Both the position numbers and the translations under genes were made by a program. From Faecalibacillus sp. (GTDB lineage Bacteria > Bacteroidota > Bacteroidia > Bacteroidales > UBA932), in NCBI GenBank assembly GCA_963604635.1, contig CAVCRS010000001.1, positions 9,868 through 73,867 of the forward strand: a stretch of 64,000 nt of DNA. Direction: 5' to 3'. Shown here piece after piece: positions 8,078 to 18,458 of this stretch; the first letter of the stretch is position 1, and the number at the start of each line of letters is the position of its first letter. A model generated the notes under the pieces. It made no database searches. It had not been told where the DNA came from and saw nothing but the letters and a program-made list of their open reading frames with translations.

Positions 8078-10429
8078 TTATTTGATGGTACCTGTTCCGG
8101 CATTGAAATCGAGTGTAACGGTCTGACCGGCAGTGCACTTGACTCTCGTCTGGTCATCACCTGTGCCTCTGTAGACAATCTTGCCGTCGAGAATGATGAA
8201 CTCGCGGGTCCACCAGTCTGTAGTGGCGATGGAAGAAGCTACATACATACGGACTTCACCGTCTGCAGGGAGCTTGATGCTTGCGGTCTTGTCACTGTCG
8301 GTAAAGAGGGCGCCCTCAATGCCTTCAGTCCAGCCGCCGAAGCACTCGCCGATACCGTAGATGCGGGCAGGCTCGACGTGCAGCTTCTCGTTCTTGAGGT
8401 CGATATGCACGAGGTAGAGACCTGACTTCTCCACAATGCAGTTACCGCCGCTCTCGATGAAGCCGTCATTGTTCGTCTGGCCGCAGAAATCGCCGCTCCA
8501 GGCTTTCTTCGCGCAGAACTTGAAGCCCTTCTCGGCAGTGAAGTAGCGTACTGTCCAGAACTGGCCTTCACCGCTGTGTACAGGAATCATATCCACGATG
8601 CCGTCTGAAGCCCAGTCCCAGCTTCCGAATTCCTCGCCGATCATATACATGGTCTCAGGGAATGCGACAGACTCGATTCTGATGGCCTTTGTCACGGCGT
8701 TGAAGATGACCTTGTAGTCGCCTGCTTCAGGGACGGTGATGTTGCTTCCCGGCTGTGCCGCGGTGAAGTCCTCTCCGATGACCGGAGTGAAGTCAGCAGG
8801 TGTGCCGTAGCAGTTCTCGTCTGCCCAGGAGTAGTCATAACGGATCTTGAAGCCGCCTGTGATGTTCACTACAGGGCTGGTCCAGATGTCACCGTTCTGA
8901 TTCATAATCACATCCGTGCTCCAGGAGTCGCCGTTGATTTCGCCGATGAGGGAATATGCGGCCTTGTGCTCCTCGATGAGGATGGTGCTTGCGGCATAAT
9001 CGAGGGTGATGTCATAAACACCCGCCACACCTACCTGAATGTTCTTGTCACCTGTAGCGAATGCCTTGCCGAGTTCCGGCTTATAGACATCGTAAGGGTT
9101 CGTAGCGTCGATGGTGCTCTTGGAATTGGCCTCTGGGCCACCGACACAAGTGGTCCAGGCGTGGTCTGCGCGGATCTTGAACTCATCGCTTGCGGTCAGA
9201 GTCACATTGCGAACCACCCAGATGTCACCGGTGGTGTTGGCAAGGTCGATATCGGTGTTCCAGTCGCCGCCGATTCCGACGAGGGACCAGGCTGCAGGCT
9301 TGTCAGACTCCGGTTCATCGCTGCTGCCGGAAGCGGTAGGCTCAGGCTGGCCGTACATCTTTTCATTGAGCTCGACGGTACCCTTGTTGAGGTCGAGATA
9401 TACGCGGTATTTACCGGTGCTTACTGCGATGTTGCCGCCATTGACGGCTGTCTCTGCACCCCAGTTCCAGGTCCAGTCCTCATCAGCGCGGAACTTGATT
9501 TCCTGGTCGCCCTCAACCTCGAGGTCAGCCCAGAAGCGTACATAATCGGCGTTGTAGTTCATCACTACATCCGGAGCGCTCCAGTTGTTGATGGTACCGA
9601 CGATACCGATCTGGTCTGCGCCCCACTCCTTGGTGAGGACGAGGGTTTCGGTGTTCAGCGAGAGCTTGTAGAAACGCTTGCTGTAGCACTTGATATCCTT
9701 GGAACCGCCGCCAGAAACGAGCTGGATGCTGCCGGCCTCTGACTCTTCGGCCTGAGCCTCGGAACCCCAGTTGCCGTGATCCCAGTCTGCGGCATCGGTG
9801 AACTTGATACCGTCAGCGGCCTTGTCGGCGAAGTCGATTACACCCGAGTAGTTCTTATTGTCCTTGCTGTAGTTATAGAGGAACTGGCACTTGGAGTGAT
9901 CCCATCCGCAGTAATTGCCCTGTACCCATACGGTCTGATAGGTGTCCTTGTCGAGAACAGTCTGATCATAAGGGATGAAGGTGGCGGAGACGATGTTAGA
10001 GTAGAGCAGAGATGACTCCACAGCGGTACCCTTGTCCGTCGCGAGCCAGGAACTCAGACGGAAGTACAATGTGAATTCTTTCTCCGGCTCACCGCCCAGA
10101 TTGAGGATGAGGGAGTTGATGTCGGACTGCTTTACAGATACGCTGCCGTCGGTGCCGATAGTTGCGGAAACCTTCTCAGGGCTTGTGAAAGTCTGGTCGG
10201 CGGCTGCATAGAGAGCATATGTCTTTCCGGACGAAAGCTTGTAGTCCGGCAGATTGAAGTTGAAGGTGATAGGGTCGCCGTCAGCGGCAAGTGTCGCACC
10301 CTGAACGGAGGCGATAGATGGAGCCGTGGCATCATTCGGATCGAAGACCACGCGGTCTTCTTCCACAGTACAGGATGCTGCGGACAATCCGGCTGCAGCA
10401 AGGAGACTGAAATATAATAACTTTCTCAT
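8078..10429 (-). CDS. SusE/SusF-family multi-domain starch-binding outer-membrane lipoprotein
   Basis: AASC lipobox; N-terminal SusE-like domain, then repeated Ig-like CBM units (xGxxxxW...FKIR...W...G.Y.V..D); position after susD. Confidence 0.85.
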   Translation of the reverse strand: MRKLLYFSLLAAAGLSAASCTVEEDRVVFDPNDATAPSIASVQGATLAADGDPITFNFNLPDYKLSSGKTYALYAAADQTFTSPEKVSATIGTDGSVSVKQSDINSLILNLGGEPEKEFTLYFRLSSWLATDKGTAVESSLLYSNIVSATFIPYDQTVLDKDTYQTVWVQGNYCGWDHSKCQFLYNYSKDNKNYSGVIDFADKAADGIKFTDAADWDHGNWGSEAQAEESEAGSIQLVSGGGSKDIKCYSKRFYKLSLNTETLVLTKEWGADQIGIVGTINNWSAPDVVMNYNADYVRFWADLEVEGDQEIKFRADEDWTWNWGAETAVNGGNIAVSTGKYRVYLDLNKGTVELNEKMYGQPEPTASGSSDEPESDKPAAWSLVGIGGDWNTDIDLANTTGDIWVVRNVTLTASDEFKIRADHAWTTCVGGPEANSKSTIDATNPYDVYKPELGKAFATGDKNIQVGVAGVYDITLDYAASTILIEEHKAAYSLIGEINGDSWSTDVIMNQNGDIWTSPVVNITGGFKIRYDYSWADENCYGTPADFTPVIGEDFTAAQPGSNITVPEAGDYKVIFNAVTKAIRIESVAFPETMYMIGEEFGSWDWASDGIVDMIPVHSGEGQFWTVRYFTAEKGFKFCAKKAWSGDFCGQTNNDGFIESGGNCIVEKSGLYLVHIDLKNEKLHVEPARIYGIGECFGGWTEGIEGALFTDSDKTASIKLPADGEVRMYVASSIATTDWWTREFIILDGKIVYRGTGDDQTRVKCTAGQTVTLDFNAGTGTIK

Positions 10430-10435
10430 AATCTA

Positions 10436-12040
10436 TTAATATCCAGGGTTCTGAGTAAGATTTCCATTGGCATTGAGGTCACCGGAAGTGATAGGGTAGA
10501 GATTGAAGTGGTCATCCACTGCACGGCCGGCCTGAACGCCGCCCTTGAACTCCCAGAGATACTTGTCTGTGGTGTACATACCGAAGCGGATGAGGTCCTG
10601 GCGGCGGAAGCACTCCATATAGAGCTCGCGGCCGCGCTCATCGATGATGTTGTCCAAAGTGAGGTCGATATTGCCCACGCCCGCTCTTGCGCGGACGGCG
10701 TTGAGGTAGTTCTGACCCTTGGTCTTGTCAGCCGCACCGCGTGCTGCGCACTCTGCGTACATAAGGTAAGCGTCAGCTACACGGAATACAGGGAAGTCCG
10801 TGTCGACGAAGCCCTGTGCAGAAGCTGCTGATCCGTCGTGGTTGATGTTGAGGAACTTCATTGATTTCCAGCCGTTCGACCAGGAGTCGGACTCGCGGCG
10901 GACTGCATCTACATACTGCTCGTAGTCAGCGCTCTTGTAGAAGACAGCGCGCAGGTCACCGTCCTCGAACTTGCTCGTGAAGGCTCCGGTCAGAGAAAGA
11001 CCGCCCCATCCTGAAGAAATGCCGATGTCATTGACAGAATCCATCGTGCCGCCTGTGCAGGCGAAGATGATGTAGTTCGTGGCGCCATAAGAATGGACAT
11101 CGATACCGTCCTGCTCCACTGCGAAGATGATTTCGTCACCGTTGTAGGTGGTATTCGCAGTCCAGAGGTTGTTGTCAGCGCAGAAGAGCTCGCGCCAAGC
11201 GCTGTAGACGCCTGTGGATTTGGTATGGAGCTTGTACTCACCGATGATCTGCTCGCATACTGTGGCAGCCTTGTCGTACATTGCGGTACCCTTCCAGATC
11301 TCGGCGTTGAGATAGAGCTTGGCGAGAATCATCTGGACCATACCCTTGTCGCAGCGGCCGTACTCGTTCTTGCCTGCGGCGGCGAGGTCACTTCCGTTGA
11401 TGAGGTCTTCGCACTCGCTTACCATCCAGTCGAAGAGGTCTGCGCGGGACTTCTGCTCAGGAGCGGTGGATCCTACGGACATTTCTTCAGTGGCGAAAGG
11501 CACGTTGCCGAAGAGGTCGATGGCGTGATAGTAGCTCAGAAGTCTGAGGGCGCGCGCCTCGGCGATATAGGCGTCCTTGTTGGAGTAGCCGCTGATGGAA
11601 GTTTCGTTCGAACGGCGGATGAACTCGTTGCAGAGGCCGATCTGGAAGTAGATACGGTAATACATCGCAGCGATGAATTCGTTTGACGATGTCCAGTTCA
11701 TATAGTGGATATCATAAAGGTTGCCGTCGTTCCAGCAGCAGGTGGCCACGTCGGTGGAGAGCTCCTCCAGATGGAAGAGTGCACGGATATACTGGCCGTA
11801 ACCGCCGTCGATGCCTTCGATGTCGGCATCACCGCTCTCGCCGTATGAAGATGAGCAGGCAAGGCCCTGATAGCACTTGGCAAGGAGCTGGGTGAAGGCC
11901 TCAGGAGAATCGAGAACCTCCTCAGGAGGTACGGTATTCTCGTCTATAGGTGTCACGTCGAGGTCGCCCACGCAGGAAGTGGCCACACCCGCGAACATCA
12001 GGGCTGCAATGGCCCAAGAAATATATTTGATCTTTTTCAT
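10436..12040 (-). CDS. susD: SusD glycan-binding lipoprotein
   Basis: ATSC lipobox, AEARALR..SY...IDLFGNVP, FRVADAYLMYAE, ERGRELYMECFRRQDLIRFG, C-terminal LTQNPGY. Confidence 0.95.
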   Translation of the reverse strand: MKKIKYISWAIAALMFAGVATSCVGDLDVTPIDENTVPPEEVLDSPEAFTQLLAKCYQGLACSSSYGESGDADIEGIDGGYGQYIRALFHLEELSTDVATCCWNDGNLYDIHYMNWTSSNEFIAAMYYRIYFQIGLCNEFIRRSNETSISGYSNKDAYIAEARALRLLSYYHAIDLFGNVPFATEEMSVGSTAPEQKSRADLFDWMVSECEDLINGSDLAAAGKNEYGRCDKGMVQMILAKLYLNAEIWKGTAMYDKAATVCEQIIGEYKLHTKSTGVYSAWRELFCADNNLWTANTTYNGDEIIFAVEQDGIDVHSYGATNYIIFACTGGTMDSVNDIGISSGWGGLSLTGAFTSKFEDGDLRAVFYKSADYEQYVDAVRRESDSWSNGWKSMKFLNINHDGSAASAQGFVDTDFPVFRVADAYLMYAECAARGAADKTKGQNYLNAVRARAGVGNIDLTLDNIIDERGRELYMECFRRQDLIRFGMYTTDKYLWEFKGGVQAGRAVDDHFNLYPITSGDLNANGNLTQNPGY

Positions 12041-12054
12041 ACCTGAGTCGTGTT

Positions 12055-15000
12055 TTAGAAGTTAAACTTGACACCAAGGACATAAGTACGAGGTCTCGGG
12101 TACATATTGTTGTCGATACCAGAGAAGATTTCAGGGTCGATACCGTCGTAATTCGTGAAGCAGGCGAGATTCTGAACTGTTGCGAAAACATTGAAAGTCA
12201 GGACCCTGCCGTAATCGAGACCGAGATTGAATGCGCGGCTCAGGGTCACGTTGTCGATCTTGAGGAAAGAAGCGTCCTGAACATACATATCTGAGAAATA
12301 CTGGGCGTATGTCCTGAAGTTGTGCTCCTTCGCAGTAGAATAACGGTTGCTTACGAAGTTATTTGCCCAAAGGTCGGTGAGAAGGTCTCCGTTCGAGGAG
12401 ATGTTGTTGTAAACATAGTTGCCGACATTGGCGTGAGCGCTCATTGCGAGAGTCCACTTCTTGTAGGCGAGCTGGGTGTTGAAACCGAAGGTCCAGTCCG
12501 GAGCTGCCTTGTGGAAGCAGTACTTGTCGTTGTCGGTGATCTTGCCGTCGCCGTTGCGGTCTACATAGAGGCCCTCGATAGGGGTGCCGTCCGTGTCGTA
12601 AACCTGCTGATATACGAAGAATGAGTTAGGAGCGTAGCCGGTCTGATGCACCTGGATGGTGTTGCCGGTACCGCCGGAGATGCCTCCTGTAGTGATTCCG
12701 TAGTAGTCCTCACGCTCGTCATCGGTGGTAAGCTTGGTGATCTTCGTCCTGTTATATGAAGCGTTGAAGCCGAGAGTCCATCTCCAGTCTGTAGTCTGGA
12801 CCGGAATGACGTTCAGGTCGAACTCGACACCCTTGTTCGTAAGGTTACCGATGTTGGCGTCCAGATAGTTGGAGAGGTTGGCACCTGCAGCCACAGGAGT
12901 GCGGTTCAGGAGGTCCTTGGTGTCACGCTGGTAAACATCGATGCTTGCGGTGATGCGGTCGCCGAGGAAGCCGAGATCGAGACCTGCGTTATAGGTGGTC
13001 GTGGTCTCCCACTTGAGGTCGGCATTGTAACCCTTCGCCGTGATAGGAACGACAGTCTTGTTGCCGAAAGTGTACATCGAAGCGTTGGTGTTGTAAACGT
13101 AGGTCGCGAGGGTAGGATAGTTGCCGGACTGGAGGTCCTGCTGACCTGTCTGACCCCAGCTGAGACGGAGTTTCAGGGCTGAAACGGTGTCATTGTTCTG
13201 GAAGAAGTTCAGCTTCGCGAAGTTGTAGCTGAGGGCTACTGAAGGGAAGAGACCCCATTTGTTGTTCGAGAAGCGGGATGTTCCGTCATTACGCAGGGTG
13301 GCGGTAAGGAGCAGGCGATCGTTGAAGCTGTAGTTCAGACGGCCGAAGAAGGATACCAGATAGTATTCTGTCTTGAAGGTGTAAGGGTCGCTGAGATAAT
13401 AGTCAGTATCGCTGGAGGATGTGCCGTCAGCCTTGTACGTCTCGCTGAAGGTCTCATTGTAGAAATGCTGCCAGGAGTAGCCGGCCATCAGGTTCAGATA
13501 GTGCTTTCCGAAGGTCTTGTCGAATTGGCCGTAGGCCTCGAGAGTGGTGTCCTGCTTGTTCTGGCTGTAGTTGGTGTGATAGCCGGAGCCGAGCTGTGCG
13601 GTGGTGTGCAGGGACTGCTCGGTGTTCTTGTCCACATCGACGGTGCCGTCGGAGCCGGAAATGTCGAGACCGAGGTTGAGGTTGAAGCTGAGAGCCTCGA
13701 AACCGTGAACCTTGTAGTTGAACTGGGCGTTGCCGATGAAACGCTTGGCGCTGGAGATGTCCCTCTTGTCATTCAGGAGAGCGAGAGGGTTCTGGCCCGC
13801 CATCGTGTTCACGTTGTCCTGAGGATCGGTTCCTCTGTCATAGTGCCACCACCAGTAGCCGTTCAGACCTTCTGAACTGCTGTCATAGACAGGCTGGGTA
13901 GGGTCCATTCTGACGGCTGCACCGATGGCGTCCTGGTTTGCGAAACGGGTGTCCATATTCATTCCCTTACCGTTCAGGTTTATCGTGAGGTGATCGTCGA
14001 GAAGGGTAGGAGTGAGGTTGACGGAGAGGGTCTCGCGGAGGAGACTGGATGTCTTGAGGGTACCTTCCTGGCTGTGGAAGCCGAGGGATACGCGGTAAGG
14101 CATATAGAATTTGTCATTCTTCGAGCTGACCTTTCCGGAGAGGGATACGTTCTCGTCATAGGTCTGGCCGAGCTGGTAGATCTGCTTCTGCCAGTCGGTG
14201 TTCTCGGAGCCGAGGGCTGCGTAAGCCGCGCCGTCGGTACCGATGTAGGATGCCATAAGGTCACGCATCTCATCGCCTGTGAGAACGTCCACGAACCTGG
14301 TGTTCTGGCTCAGGGAAGCGGTGAAGTCCGCATCCACGTGGATGCCCTGCTGGTACTTGGAGCCCTTCTTCGTGGTGATCATAATGACACCGTTCGAAGC
14401 GCGGCTACCGAAGATGGCGGTTGCGGAAGCGTCCTTGAGGACGGTGAAGCTCTCGATATCGTTAGGGTTGATGGATGACATCGCATCCGAAACGCCGCTG
14501 ATGGAAACTTCGGAGATAGGAAGTCCGTCGATTACGACGAGAGGGTTGTTGTTAGCCTTCAGTGAAGAGCCGCCGCGGATACGGATGGTGCTGGCTGAAC
14601 CCGGAGCACCGTCACCTGCAGTGACGACGACACCTGCGGACTTGCCCTGAAGCAGGTCGGTAGGGGATGTTACGACACCCTTGTTCAGCTGGTCAGCCTT
14701 TACGGCCGCCACTGAACCGGTCATATCGCTCTTCTTTACTGTACCGTAACCGATTACCACTACCTCATCGAGGAATTCGTTATCCTCTGCGAGAGTGATG
14801 ACAGCGGGCACCTGTGAAGCTTTGTAAGTCTGGGTGGTGTAGCCGACACAGCTGACTTCCACCATTGCTTCAGCGGATGAGACTTTGAGGACGAAGTTTC
14901 CGTCGAGATCGGTGGTCGTACCGTTCATCGTGCCGGCTTCCATTACGGAAGCTCCGATGACCGGACCTATCTGGTCCTGGACGGTGCCCTTCACCTCATA

Positions 15001-15069
15001 TCCGCTCTGCTGTGCGAATGCGTTCACTGCAAGTGCAATGAAGGCAAGGATTGAAAGGATTCTTTTCAT
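12055..15069 (-). CDS. susC: SusC TonB-dependent transporter
   Basis: LDEVVVIGYG TonB box, IRIRGGSSL, DIESFTVLKDASATAIFGSRASNGVIMITTKKG plug, LKWETT, C-terminal YPRPRTYVLGVKFNF. Confidence 0.96.
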   Translation of the reverse strand: MKRILSILAFIALAVNAFAQQSGYEVKGTVQDQIGPVIGASVMEAGTMNGTTTDLDGNFVLKVSSAEAMVEVSCVGYTTQTYKASQVPAVITLAEDNEFLDEVVVIGYGTVKKSDMTGSVAAVKADQLNKGVVTSPTDLLQGKSAGVVVTAGDGAPGSASTIRIRGGSSLKANNNPLVVIDGLPISEVSISGVSDAMSSINPNDIESFTVLKDASATAIFGSRASNGVIMITTKKGSKYQQGIHVDADFTASLSQNTRFVDVLTGDEMRDLMASYIGTDGAAYAALGSENTDWQKQIYQLGQTYDENVSLSGKVSSKNDKFYMPYRVSLGFHSQEGTLKTSSLLRETLSVNLTPTLLDDHLTINLNGKGMNMDTRFANQDAIGAAVRMDPTQPVYDSSSEGLNGYWWWHYDRGTDPQDNVNTMAGQNPLALLNDKRDISSAKRFIGNAQFNYKVHGFEALSFNLNLGLDISGSDGTVDVDKNTEQSLHTTAQLGSGYHTNYSQNKQDTTLEAYGQFDKTFGKHYLNLMAGYSWQHFYNETFSETYKADGTSSSDTDYYLSDPYTFKTEYYLVSFFGRLNYSFNDRLLLTATLRNDGTSRFSNNKWGLFPSVALSYNFAKLNFFQNNDTVSALKLRLSWGQTGQQDLQSGNYPTLATYVYNTNASMYTFGNKTVVPITAKGYNADLKWETTTTYNAGLDLGFLGDRITASIDVYQRDTKDLLNRTPVAAGANLSNYLDANIGNLTNKGVEFDLNVIPVQTTDWRWTLGFNASYNRTKITKLTTDDEREDYYGITTGGISGGTGNTIQVHQTGYAPNSFFVYQQVYDTDGTPIEGLYVDRNGDGKITDNDKYCFHKAAPDWTFGFNTQLAYKKWTLAMSAHANVGNYVYNNISSNGDLLTDLWANNFVSNRYSTAKEHNFRTYAQYFSDMYVQDASFLKIDNVTLSRAFNLGLDYGRVLTFNVFATVQNLACFTNYDGIDPEIFSGIDNNMYPRPRTYVLGVKFNF

Positions 15070-15098
15070 AAAGAATTTGGTTAGTTAATAATTTGGTA

Positions 15099-16409
15099 TT
15101 ATTTCTCTTTGACTAGGGAAGTACTTGCCGCAGCCAGTACGAGCAGAACGGCAGCCACGAGCATCATCGCGGCCTGGGAGCCTCCCAGACCCTTGAGGAT
15201 GACGCCGCCCGTAGCGGCCGCCACTATCTGCGGCAGACAGATGGCACAGTTGAAAAGACCCAGGTATGTACCGATATGGTCTTTCAACGCATTGGTGACG
15301 AAGGTGAAAGGCAGTGCGAGTATTGCCCCCCAGGCGACACCTATCAGAATGAATGACACGAACAGCATATACTGGTCGTGCAGGAAATATACGGAAGCGA
15401 AGCCGGCCGCACCCAACAGCAGGCTCACCCAGTAAGCTCTCTTGAGTGTGGAGAATCTCGGAATCACAAGGGCCCAGAGCATTGCGCCCACAGCCTCGAC
15501 GGCGAAGAGAACGCCCACCCAGTTGCCGGCGGCCTGATATTCGGCGGAAGCCGCGTCAACAGTGTTCCAGCAGGTGGATGCGATGGCGCCGTTGGTGTAG
15601 GTCCACAGCAGCAGGAAAGCCGCCCAGCAGAAGAACTGCACGAGGCTGACCGTCCAGAATGTGCGCGGAGCCTTGACAAGGCATTTCAGGAAGCCGGCCG
15701 GATCCTCGTCGCTCGGCTGAGCGTTGTGGAACTCGGCGTACTCCTTCGGAGGCATCTCCTTGACTCTGAGGAAAGTGTAAAGCACGCAGAGAATCAGGAC
15801 CGCGGCGCCGCAGTAGAAACTCCATTTCACCGAAGCGGGAATCTGACCGGCAGGGGCGGTATTGGCTATGCCAATCCAGGTGAAGAATATCGGGAAGAGA
15901 TAGCCCACGAGGGACCCTGCGTTGCAGAGGAAGCTCTGGATGGAGTAGGCGGTGCCTTTCTGCTCCTCGGAAACCATATCGCCGACCATCATCTTGAACG
16001 GCTGCATAGCCACGTTTATGGAGGTGTCCAGGAAAATGAGGGAGAAAAGACCGAACCACATCGCGGCGTTCAGGCCGAGGAAGACGTAAGCAGTGCTGAG
16101 GTTGAGGTTTCCGGCATTCGGAAGCAGAAGCATCACGAGCACCGCAACTATCGCTCCGATAATCAGATAAGGCTTTCTGCGGCCCATTCTGCACCAGGTG
16201 CGGTCAGACCATTTGCCGATGAGCGGCTGAACGATCATACCCATAAGCGGCGGCAGTATCCAGAAGAAGCTGAGCTGGTGCGGGTCTGCGCCCAATGTGG
16301 CAAATATGCGGCTGATGTTCGCGCTCTGAAGTGCGTATGCAATCTGGACTCCGAAAAATCCGAAGTTCAAGTCAAACATCTGAAGAAATGACAGTTTGCG
16401 TTGAGGCAT
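15099..16409 (-). CDS. malT: MFS (SLC45/GPH-like) maltose/maltooligosaccharide transporter
   Basis: FGFFGVQIAYALQ, GMIVQPLIG.WSDRTW..MGRRKPY, NVAMQPFK, YLGLFN.AICLPQI; many TM helices; first gene of the starch PUL. Confidence 0.85.
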   Translation of the reverse strand: MPQRKLSFLQMFDLNFGFFGVQIAYALQSANISRIFATLGADPHQLSFFWILPPLMGMIVQPLIGKWSDRTWCRMGRRKPYLIIGAIVAVLVMLLLPNAGNLNLSTAYVFLGLNAAMWFGLFSLIFLDTSINVAMQPFKMMVGDMVSEEQKGTAYSIQSFLCNAGSLVGYLFPIFFTWIGIANTAPAGQIPASVKWSFYCGAAVLILCVLYTFLRVKEMPPKEYAEFHNAQPSDEDPAGFLKCLVKAPRTFWTVSLVQFFCWAAFLLLWTYTNGAIASTCWNTVDAASAEYQAAGNWVGVLFAVEAVGAMLWALVIPRFSTLKRAYWVSLLLGAAGFASVYFLHDQYMLFVSFILIGVAWGAILALPFTFVTNALKDHIGTYLGLFNCAICLPQIVAAATGGVILKGLGGSQAAMMLVAAVLLVLAAASTSLVKEK

Positions 16410-16435
16410 CTTTATCGTTTTAGTGTATTAACGTA

Positions 16436-16443
16436 CAAAAATA
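16436..16443 (-). promoter_or_regulatory. -7 promoter box of the malT-susCDEF operon
   Basis: Minus strand TATTTTTG about 26 nt upstream of the malT ATG. Confidence 0.6.
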
Positions 16444-16476
16444 GCAATTTCTGTTTCCTTTATACACACGCGCGAA

Positions 16477-16524
16477 GATGAATTGCATCGTTTTTAGGAC
16501 AAACGGTTGTTTTTTCGGGATGAA
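16477..16524. promoter_or_regulatory. Putative LytTR operator: three direct repeats at 21-bp period
   Basis: GATGAA (16477), GACAAA (16498), GATGAA (16519), ending about 34 nt upstream of the malT -7 box. Confidence 0.6.
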
Positions 16525-16548
16525 ATACCTATTTTAGACCTCGCAATT

Positions 16549-17712
16549 ATGGAGAAACAGTATAGAACGGACATAGCCATCATCAACGGATTCGCGCTTC
16601 TGCACGCTCTGGTGGCCCTCGGCAGCCGTCTGATAGGTATTCAGGACGATCTGATGCTGACGATGCTGACGATGCTGCTTGTGGTCATCATCTGCCTGCG
16701 CAGAGGGGTGAGCGCCAAATTCATGGGCATCTGCATCATTGCGGTGAACATCTTCGGATTTCTGTTCGGAATGGGATGTGCGGCGCTTTTCCGCAGGTGG
16801 ACTGACTACACTCTGCTCGTCAATCCCCTCTCCACGTTCATCACCACCGAAATCATCGGCTGGGCTACCTACGGCTGCACTGTGGCCATCCGCCGCCGCC
16901 CGGGATTCAAGCCGAGCAACACGACCGGTTTCAAGTGGCTGCTGGTAGCCATCGTGGTGATACTCTGCGCACGCCTCGCCATCATCCTGATATTTTCCGA
17001 CGTTCTGAACAGCGAGAATATCGGGATAAATCTCATCATAGACTACGTATTCAGCTGCGCCGTGCTGGTATTCCTCTCGGCAAATGCCATCCATATCGAC
17101 GAGTCCGCCCGTTCGGACCGCGAGCGCACCCGCATGGCGCAGTACAGCTATATGAAGCTCAAGCAGCAGGTGAATCCGCATTTTCTGTTCAACAGCCTGA
17201 ACATTCTGGACTGCCTGGTAAAGGACGCTCCGCGCGAGACGGCCTCAAAATATATCCACAAGCTCGCCGGAATGTACCGTTATATGCTTAGAAATGAAGA
17301 TGAAAAGCTGGTGACGCTGCGCGATGAGATGGAGTTCGTGAACCAGTACATCGATATGATGAAGCTCCGTTTCCCGGAGGGGCTCAAGGTCGAAGAGGAC
17401 ATTCCCGAAAAGGCTCTCAGCCGCAGCGTGGTGCCCTGCTCCGTGCAGCTGCTGATAGAGAACGCGACAAAGCACAACCGCATCAGCGGGAATCAGCCGC
17501 TTCGCATCCGCATCTTCTGCGAGGACGGCTACATCGTCACAGACAATAATCTTCAGCCCAAGCCGAAGAGCGAGAATTCCTCCACTGGCCTGGGACTCAA
17601 GTATATACACGAACAATACCTGGATCTCGCCGACCGCAGCACGGTAGTCATTCCCGACGCCGCGGATGAAAGCGGGACACTGCATTACATCGTAAAACTT
17701 CCACTGCTATGA
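16549..17712 (+). CDS. LytS/YehU-type membrane sensor histidine kinase
   Basis: About 6 N-terminal TM helices; LKQQVNPHFLFNSLN H-box, QLLIENATKHN N-box, STGLGLKYI G-box; ATG at 16549 preferred over TTG 16507. Confidence 0.9.
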   Translation: MEKQYRTDIAIINGFALLHALVALGSRLIGIQDDLMLTMLTMLLVVIICLRRGVSAKFMGICIIAVNIFGFLFGMGCAALFRRWTDYTLLVNPLSTFITTEIIGWATYGCTVAIRRRPGFKPSNTTGFKWLLVAIVVILCARLAIILIFSDVLNSENIGINLIIDYVFSCAVLVFLSANAIHIDESARSDRERTRMAQYSYMKLKQQVNPHFLFNSLNILDCLVKDAPRETASKYIHKLAGMYRYMLRNEDEKLVTLRDEMEFVNQYIDMMKLRFPEGLKVEEDIPEKALSRSVVPCSVQLLIENATKHNRISGNQPLRIRIFCEDGYIVTDNNLQPKPKSENSSTGLGLKYIHEQYLDLADRSTVVIPDAADESGTLHYIVKLPLL

Positions 17713-18458
17713 AAGTTCTGATAGTCGAAGACGAAGTTATGGCCCGCGAGAGTCTGGCCAGAACCATAAGGGAACATTTCCCGGACCTGGAGGTCATCGG
17801 GATGACTTCATCCGTCCAGGAAACCCTGACGTTCCTGCAGAGCCACAGCCCGGAGCTCATCTTTATGGATGTGGAGCTCTCGGACGGCAGCTGCTTCGAG
17901 ATTTTCCGCCGCACGGCCGTTACGGCCAATATCGTAATGACCACGGCTTACGACAATTACGCCATCAAGGCGTTCGAGGCGGGAAGCATCGACTATCTGC
18001 TCAAGCCTGTGGAGCTCAGCGATCTGACGAGAGCCGTGGAGCGCTGCCGGCGGCGGACGGAAAAAGTCGACGTGTCCGCTCTGCTCTCCGCTCTCGGACA
18101 GAACCGGGAGGGCGGCAGACAATACCGTTCGCGTTTCATAGTGCATCTCGGTGAGAAGATCATCCCGCTTAATACCGGTGACATAGCCTATTTCTATTCC
18201 GAGAACAAGAGCAATTATCTCACTTCGACTTCCGGTGCGCGCTACATTCTCGACGCCTCGATGGATAGTCTCGAGGAGGAACTCGACCCGTGCGTATTCT
18301 TCAGAATATCACGCAGTTGCATAATCTCGATGGGAGCCATCCGCAGCATCACCCGACAGAGCGGGGGGCGCCTCCAGATCAGCGCCGAGCCAGCCCCGAG
18401 CTTCGAAATGACCGTCTCCCGCGCCCGCGTCGACGAATTTCTCAAGTGGATAGAATAG
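17709..18458 (+). CDS. LytTR-family response regulator
   Basis: LIVEDE, IFMDVELSDG, TTAYDNYAIKAF, DYLLKP receiver; FFRISRSCII LytTR domain; ATGA overlap with the kinase. Confidence 0.93.
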   Translation: MKVLIVEDEVMARESLARTIREHFPDLEVIGMTSSVQETLTFLQSHSPELIFMDVELSDGSCFEIFRRTAVTANIVMTTAYDNYAIKAFEAGSIDYLLKPVELSDLTRAVERCRRRTEKVDVSALLSALGQNREGGRQYRSRFIVHLGEKIIPLNTGDIAYFYSENKSNYLTSTSGARYILDASMDSLEEELDPCVFFRISRSCIISMGAIRSITRQSGGRLQISAEPAPSFEMTVSRARVDEFLKWIE

